Below, in pieces: positions 35,665 to 40,000 of a DNA stretch of 40,000 nt. Where the stretch lies: the NCBI RefSeq assembly GCF_001590785.1, contig NZ_LTAO01000004.1:9216-49215 (forward strand), written 5' to 3'. The DNA comes from Alkalihalobacillus trypoxylicola. GTDB taxonomy: Bacteria; Bacillota; Bacilli; Bacillales; Bacillaceae_D. The position numbers were made by a program, and so were the translations under genes. The notes beneath the pieces were generated by a model. The model was not told the DNA's origin, ran no database searches, and saw only the letters and a list, made by a program, of their open reading frames with translations. How positions within the stretch are numbered: position 1 is the first letter of the stretch; each line of letters begins with the position of its first letter.

Positions 35665-36624
35665 TTATTGACCATACTTATTAATCATCTTATCAATAAC
35701 CTCTAAGTTATATTCCTTTTTCTCTACTTCTTCTTCGCTATAATTACCACCTATTCGATAAAAATAACCATCATCTTCTTGCCAAAACCACTCTGCATAA
35801 AATCCATCATCTACAATGATTACCTCTTTACCGTTGTTTGTGGTTACATTCTCCTGTTCCTTATAATCAGGTATTTCAAATTCTTCTGCACTTACACCTA
35901 TATCAATAGCATCATATTCGCCTGCATCTGGATTACGATATCTCACTTCAAAGGCATTTAAGTTTCCTCCCCTGAGCCATAATTCCGATACATTGTAATT
36001 CGATTCTGCGTTATCGAAAAATTTAACATCTTCATATGTAAATCCTAACGATTCTTCTAATTCTTCCTCTGTTAAATCTTCATCCCTAAATTCTAAGCTA
36101 TCTAATTTTTCCTTTGCTTCCTCTATATCCATATCACCTAAATCTATGGTTGTCCTCATAACGGAATCGTAGTGCACAAAATATTTGAAACCATGACCAA
36201 TATCTCCTAATGTTCCTTCTAAACCATTAGATAACACGTAATCCTGTTCATCCTTTTCAAACTCTCTTTCCGTTGTGGACTCTAACATGCTTATCTCAAC
36301 TTCATTATCGCCCGAATCCCATGTATAAGATCTCAGATCATATTTTCCAAACCGATTAATGCCTATTACATAATTCTCATCTTTTAACAGTCGGTCTGTA
36401 TATTTGTTTGCTTCCTCTAATAAACTTTCAAAGAGCTCTTTCTCAGTTACTACACCTTTATCCCCATCATCTTCGTCTAAGTCATTATCATCGTCTTGAG
36501 CTTGATTGTCACTCGAATTGCTATTACCATCATTGGATGAAGTATCGGTATTTTCTGAACTGCAACCGACAGCAATAAGTAATAATGTAGCAGTTGTTAA
36601 AAATAGTAATAATCTTAATTTCAA
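35665..36624 (-). CDS. Acidic lipoprotein of unknown function
   Basis: TTG start at 36624 with AGGAG 11 nt upstream gives MKLRLLLFLTTATLLLIAVGCSS (lipobox). An Asp/Asn/Ser-rich linker follows. The longest ORF (to 36744) would lack a signal peptide. Confidence 0.7.
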   Translation of the reverse strand: MKLRLLLFLTTATLLLIAVGCSSENTDTSSNDGNSNSSDNQAQDDDNDLDEDDGDKGVVTEKELFESLLEEANKYTDRLLKDENYVIGINRFGKYDLRSYTWDSGDNEVEISMLESTTEREFEKDEQDYVLSNGLEGTLGDIGHGFKYFVHYDSVMRTTIDLGDMDIEEAKEKLDSLEFRDEDLTEEELEESLGFTYEDVKFFDNAESNYNVSELWLRGGNLNAFEVRYRNPDAGEYDAIDIGVSAEEFEIPDYKEQENVTTNNGKEVIIVDDGFYAEWFWQEDDGYFYRIGGNYSEEEVEKKEYNLEVIDKMINKYGQ

Positions 36625-36719
36625 TTTCTCCACTCTCCTATGTTTTGTCTGTACGATGCGAATCCTTTTGTTGATTGTTCCAATGCTTGGACTGAGACTA
36701 AGCCAGTAACGGCAAAATG

Positions 36720-36911
36720 CTACTCTATTTGGCGAGCCCTCCAATGCCTATTGACCATCGGTATGAATACAGCCCAAATAATGAACGTGCCAATTATTGA
36801 ATTGACTACATCAAACCAGTTAAGATAGCCACGAATCGAGAAGCTAAACACTGCAGTTATTAATGCAACGATAATACTTGCAACAATTGCATTTATAATA
36901 TTCTTCCTCAT
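36720..36911 (-). CDS. Small two-TM membrane protein (63 aa)
   Basis: ATG at 36911 with AGAGGTG 4 nt upstream. Sequence is MRKNIINAIVASIIVALITAVFSF...IIGTFIIWAVFIPMV. Confidence 0.55.
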   Translation of the reverse strand: MRKNIINAIVASIIVALITAVFSFSIRGYLNWFDVVNSIIGTFIIWAVFIPMVNRHWRARQIE

Positions 36912-37063
36912 TTCGCACCTCTGTTCATAAGTTAATAGTTTACAATAACAATACCTTTTTAACAAATTTTTCAAACTTTCATTACAGAAATAAGGTACCT
37001 CTCACAAAGATCAACTACAGAGATGTTCCAAAATCACATAAGATTTTGGAAAGAGGAATTCCA

Positions 37064-37099
37064 TAAAAAAACCACTCTGTCTAGAAAAAAGCAGAGTGG
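37064..37099 (-). terminator. Rho-independent terminator of the EcsB-like gene (copy 2 of the conserved hairpin)
   Basis: Minus strand CCACTCTGC-loop-(G)ACAGAGTGG followed by an 8-nt T-run. Confidence 0.75.
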
Positions 37100-37182
37100 C
37101 ATAAACGTTGAGTATAAAAAAACTTCGAAATCTAACTCAATTACATGATGATAGATGTTAGTTGATTACCACACTATTGTTA

Positions 37183-38382
37183 CTACCTGAGATTGACTCT
37201 TTTTGATACAAAGATATTTACAAATACATAAATAAATAGAATTCCAATTACAAGATAGTATATTTTAATAGTAGAAGTATGAATGAACATAGCAAAATAC
37301 AAAATGAAAAATTGTACATATAATAGAGACATGACAACCTTTAAGAAAGAATCTTTTCTCTGTGATTTAGAAATAGGATAAAGGAATACCGTTTCTTTCA
37401 TTTCATGTTGTAAAGGAATTACTTGAAATCCAGTCATAAACAAAATGAGAATAGTAAAAATCAAAGCACCTGTAGGGATAGCATAATTAGCGAATATACC
37501 AATTAAAGTTAGTCTTAAATAAAGGTAAAAGTAATCATTATATCTTATAAACAAGTGTGAGTATAAATATAGGAATGTGTGGCTTTGACTATACGGAATA
37601 CAACTTTTCAGAATGATAGTGAGCCACCGCCTACTACGAAAAGAACGTTTAAGAGTAGGGACATCAATGAAAAAATTTATAAATTTAAAATTCCTTATTA
37701 AGGCACCTTGTTCTTCATCTATGAGCCACTGCCAATTCAGAGTTCTTTTTTTTCCAAAGAAGTAAATTAAATAAACAAAATTTATAAGCAACAAAATAAA
37801 CTCAAAAACCCATTCATGACTAAACATAAAATAACACAGTAAAAATATGGAGAAAAACCTAATGAACCTATGTAACCACAATTGTACAGGGCTCTCTAAC
37901 CACTGTTCAACCCACTTCATTAAAATGTTATAAGCAACAATCACCACTACTAACAAAAGGGCGAAAAGATTTATATTAGTAGTGTGCAAAAATAAGGATA
38001 AGAAAATAGTAATAAAACAAAGCAATTTAATAACATCGATAACAAAGCTATATAACAGTGATTTTAAAAAATACGACTGTAATTTTACTTCCATTGGCAA
38101 TAAAAAAATGATATCTGCGCTTTTCATAAATGTGCGGATCTTTGTCCGTGTTAAAAGGAACGTTACAAATAGAGATAAAATTACTTCAACAGATATTTGC
38201 GGAGACACCGAATTAATGAATAAATGAAAATAATAAATCAAGATACTACTAATAATCAGAAAAAAGTAGAGAACACTTGCACCAATAATTGAATAGTATT
38301 TATACATTTTTCTATAAAATTCCTGAAGCCTTGAACCCCACAATGTTTTTATATCCATTAATCCACACATACTTTCATTCAA
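37183..38382 (-). CDS. EcsB-family ABC transporter permease, orphan (no adjacent EcsA ATPase)
   Basis: About 8 TM segments. The central block FINFFIDVPTLKRSFRSRRWL...TFLYLYSHLFIRYNDYFYLYLRLTLIG matches my memory of the EcsB family signature. The start is uncertain: TTG 38382, ATG 38370 or ATG 38358. Confidence 0.65.
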   Translation of the reverse strand: MNESMCGLMDIKTLWGSRLQEFYRKMYKYYSIIGASVLYFFLIISSILIYYFHLFINSVSPQISVEVILSLFVTFLLTRTKIRTFMKSADIIFLLPMEVKLQSYFLKSLLYSFVIDVIKLLCFITIFLSLFLHTTNINLFALLLVVVIVAYNILMKWVEQWLESPVQLWLHRFIRFFSIFLLCYFMFSHEWVFEFILLLINFVYLIYFFGKKRTLNWQWLIDEEQGALIRNFKFINFFIDVPTLKRSFRSRRWLTIILKSCIPYSQSHTFLYLYSHLFIRYNDYFYLYLRLTLIGIFANYAIPTGALIFTILILFMTGFQVIPLQHEMKETVFLYPISKSQRKDSFLKVVMSLLYVQFFILYFAMFIHTSTIKIYYLVIGILFIYVFVNIFVSKRVNLR

Positions 38383-38406
38383 TAATATTCAGATTGCACT
38401 ATATGT

Positions 38407-38601
38407 GAATCCATTTCATCATTCATATTTTATAGTGAAAACCGAACGAGTAGGTTTTAATTTCCACTTTAGGTAGATGCTATCCCAAGGGCTTGTTCTC
38501 AGCTAACTCTGACTACGCAAAGCTTCGTCAGAGTGGATCTTCAAACGGCGCTGATCCTTCGGGAGTCACTACCTACCGTTTCAATCAGGAAGTTAATTCA
38601 C
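38407..38601. repeat. Copy B of the ~195-bp conserved structured element
   Basis: Same helices as copy A. It lies 24-48 nt upstream of the EcsB-like start. Its ends are imperfectly inverted (GTGAATCCATTTC ... GAAGTTAATTCAC). Confidence 0.7.
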
Positions 38602-39081
38602 AAACGTTTTAAAACATATTTTATAAGAAACGTTCGGTTTTATTCGTTTATAGAGCAATTATGAAATTCACTCATGTATCATTTATTTAGTCATTCAATT
38701 AATGAGTGAACTTGACCCATTTTTTGAACAAATCTTTAGAATAAATACCTCAATATGGAATGACCTCCACAATCTAATCATACGATAATTCTAATCATCA
38801 CACTACCAAAATTTGTATTTATTTTATAAATTTATCTAAAAAAAGGAGTGGTGGGTTTCTTCGAATAGAACCTATTTCCTTCAGACTAGTAGCTTTAAAG
38901 CTTCGATTAATCTCTTTATGACTTTCATGTCTTTCATCGATGGTTGGTTTAATGTCACGCTTATATACTAATTTGATATTATTTATTACAAATGTGACAA
39001 ATGAGAAGAAAGCGATTAGGTGAGATGCTCCAAAAGTACATGAGTTTTTAATAAGGGGTATTCATTTTCTTTTTCATCAAT

Positions 39082-39114
39082 AAAAAACCACTCTGCTGAT
39101 TAAGAGCAGAGTGG
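39082..39114 (-). terminator. Rho-independent terminator (copy 3 of the conserved hairpin), about 310 nt downstream of the dehydrogenase stop
   Basis: Minus strand CCACTCTGC-loop-GCAGAGTGG followed by TTTTTT. Confidence 0.65.
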
Positions 39115-39424
39115 CATAAATCTTGATATACCAAGTATATTAAAGTTTTGAGAAGTATCAAGATAATTTTCATATACACTCAATCAAGCTCAATCCATCT
39201 ATATCAACATCTCGGGAATTGTTATATGGATAAGAATGTATGAAGGAGGATTGAAATTGACATTCATGGATTTCCATGAACACCTGCTTCTTTAATATTG
39301 TCAAGCGCCTTAAGTTAATGACATCGACATAAGGTTAGGTGCTTTTAGAGAATAATAAATTATTCAGCGCCTCGTCTTCATCAGTATCAACATCATCTTC
39401 TTCTGTGCCTTCAAATACGTCACC

Positions 39425-40000
39425 TTAACCTGCTGCAGCAATCTTATAAATCAGACCGCCATCAGTGATTGCAATAAGCGCGCCATCCTCAGTTACAAGA
39501 ATATCACGGAAACGTTCGCCTTCTTCAGTTAAAAGACGTTCTTCTCCAACGACAAGGTCATTTTCAATAACGACACGTACAATATAGTTCGGTGCTAAAC
39601 CACCGATGAACAAGTTGTTCTCCCATTCAGGAATTGCGTCGTTATCATAGAATGACATACCACTTGGTGCACTTGTTGGATCCCAATAATATACTGGTTC
39701 AACAAAGCCTTGCGCTTCGTGTTCTGAAATACCATCATTGATTAATTCACCACTGTACTCGATACCATAGGAAACAATTGGCCATCCATAGTTAGAACCT
39801 GGTTCAATAATATTCAGTTCATCCCCAGCTTGTGGACCGAATTCAACAATCCATAAGTCTCCTGTTTCAGGGTGGAAGTCCACACCTTGAATATTACGGT
39901 GACCGTAGCTGTAAATACCATCTAGTGCGTCTTCATCTTCAATAAATGGATTTGTATCTACTGCTTCTCCATCTTGTGTAATGTGAATGACTTTACCTAA
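39425..40000 (-). CDS. PQQ-dependent sugar (glucose/sorbosone) dehydrogenase, C-terminal part; 5' end lies outside the window
   Basis: The frame stays open to base 40000 (...YSYGHRNIQGVDFHPETGDLWIVEFGPQAGDELNIIEPGSNYGWP...), a typical beta-propeller sGDH motif set. The listed ORF start at 39883 is an internal GTG. Confidence 0.8.
   Translation of the reverse strand, partial: LGKVIHITQDGEAVDTNPFIEDEDALDGIYSYGHRNIQGVDFHPETGDLWIVEFGPQAGDELNIIEPGSNYGWPIVSYGIEYSGELINDGISEHEAQGFVEPVYYWDPTSAPSGMSFYDNDAIPEWENNLFIGGLAPNYIVRVVIENDLVVGEERLLTEEGERFRDILVTEDGALIAITDGGLIYKIAAAG

Noticed and set aside
35068-38601. Integron attC sites or gene cassettes as an explanation for the repeated element between genes.
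   Set aside because: There are no RYYYAAC/GTTRRRY core sites at the ends, no integrase, and the elements are far longer and more structured than attC sites.
38866-38890. tRNA-like T-arm sequence GGTTTCTTCGAATAGAACC.
   Set aside because: The stem is only 4-5 bp and no acceptor, D or anticodon arms can be drawn from the flanks.
39360-39424. Open acidic reading frame continuing in frame after the dehydrogenase stop (GDVFEGTEEDDVDTDEDEALNN...), considered as readthrough or a pseudogenised C-terminal extension.
   Set aside because: The protein ends at a position normal for the family, and I have no evidence for recoding.

Overview
Low-GC Bacillaceae-type chromosomal segment. I found no rRNA, tRNA, CRISPR array, transposase or integrase. 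Layout: (1) 1-4.9 kb holds the conserved Bacillus sporulation/germination neighbourhood pdaB, kbaA, gerD, salA/mrp, cwlD and a YbaK-like gene. (2) 5.0-12.35 kb holds a minus-strand glycerol-3-phosphate regulon. It consists of glpD, then a separately promoted operon encoding a binding protein, an ATPase, a fused double permease, a HAD-IIA phosphatase and the antiterminator glpP. Both units sit behind sigma-A-like promoters and leader terminators that share a 5' motif. (3) 12.39-12.65 kb encodes a small Gly/Pro/Tyr/Trp-rich repeat protein. (4) 12.8-29.4 kb is a PBSX-like contractile-tail module plus an XhlA/holin/amidase lysis cassette. It is fully intact but has no head, packaging, integration or regulatory genes, so it is either a candidate tailocin or a deletion remnant. 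Its tail chaperone carries a canonical A_AAA_AAC -1 frameshift site. (5) 29.78-30.05 kb is a truncated fabH-like pseudogene at the cluster edge. (6) 30.2-33.2 kb encodes a 999-aa secreted, LPETA-anchored PAP2 phosphatase with a PEN tandem repeat, preceded by an 11-bp-periodic PhoP-box-like array. (7) 33.5-39.1 kb is a visibly A+T-rich island of orphan membrane genes: a DUF-like/2-TM/zinc-ribbon protein, a lipoprotein with a 2-TM peptide, and an EcsB-family permease with no EcsA partner. The most unusual signal is here. Two roughly 87%-identical, ~195-bp structured non-coding elements lie directly 5' of two unrelated genes, and three near-identical terminator hairpins punctuate the region. (8) 39.4-40.0 kb is the 3' part of a PQQ-dependent sugar dehydrogenase gene. 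All calls rest on reading the sequence and ORF translations and on remembered family motifs. No database search was run.
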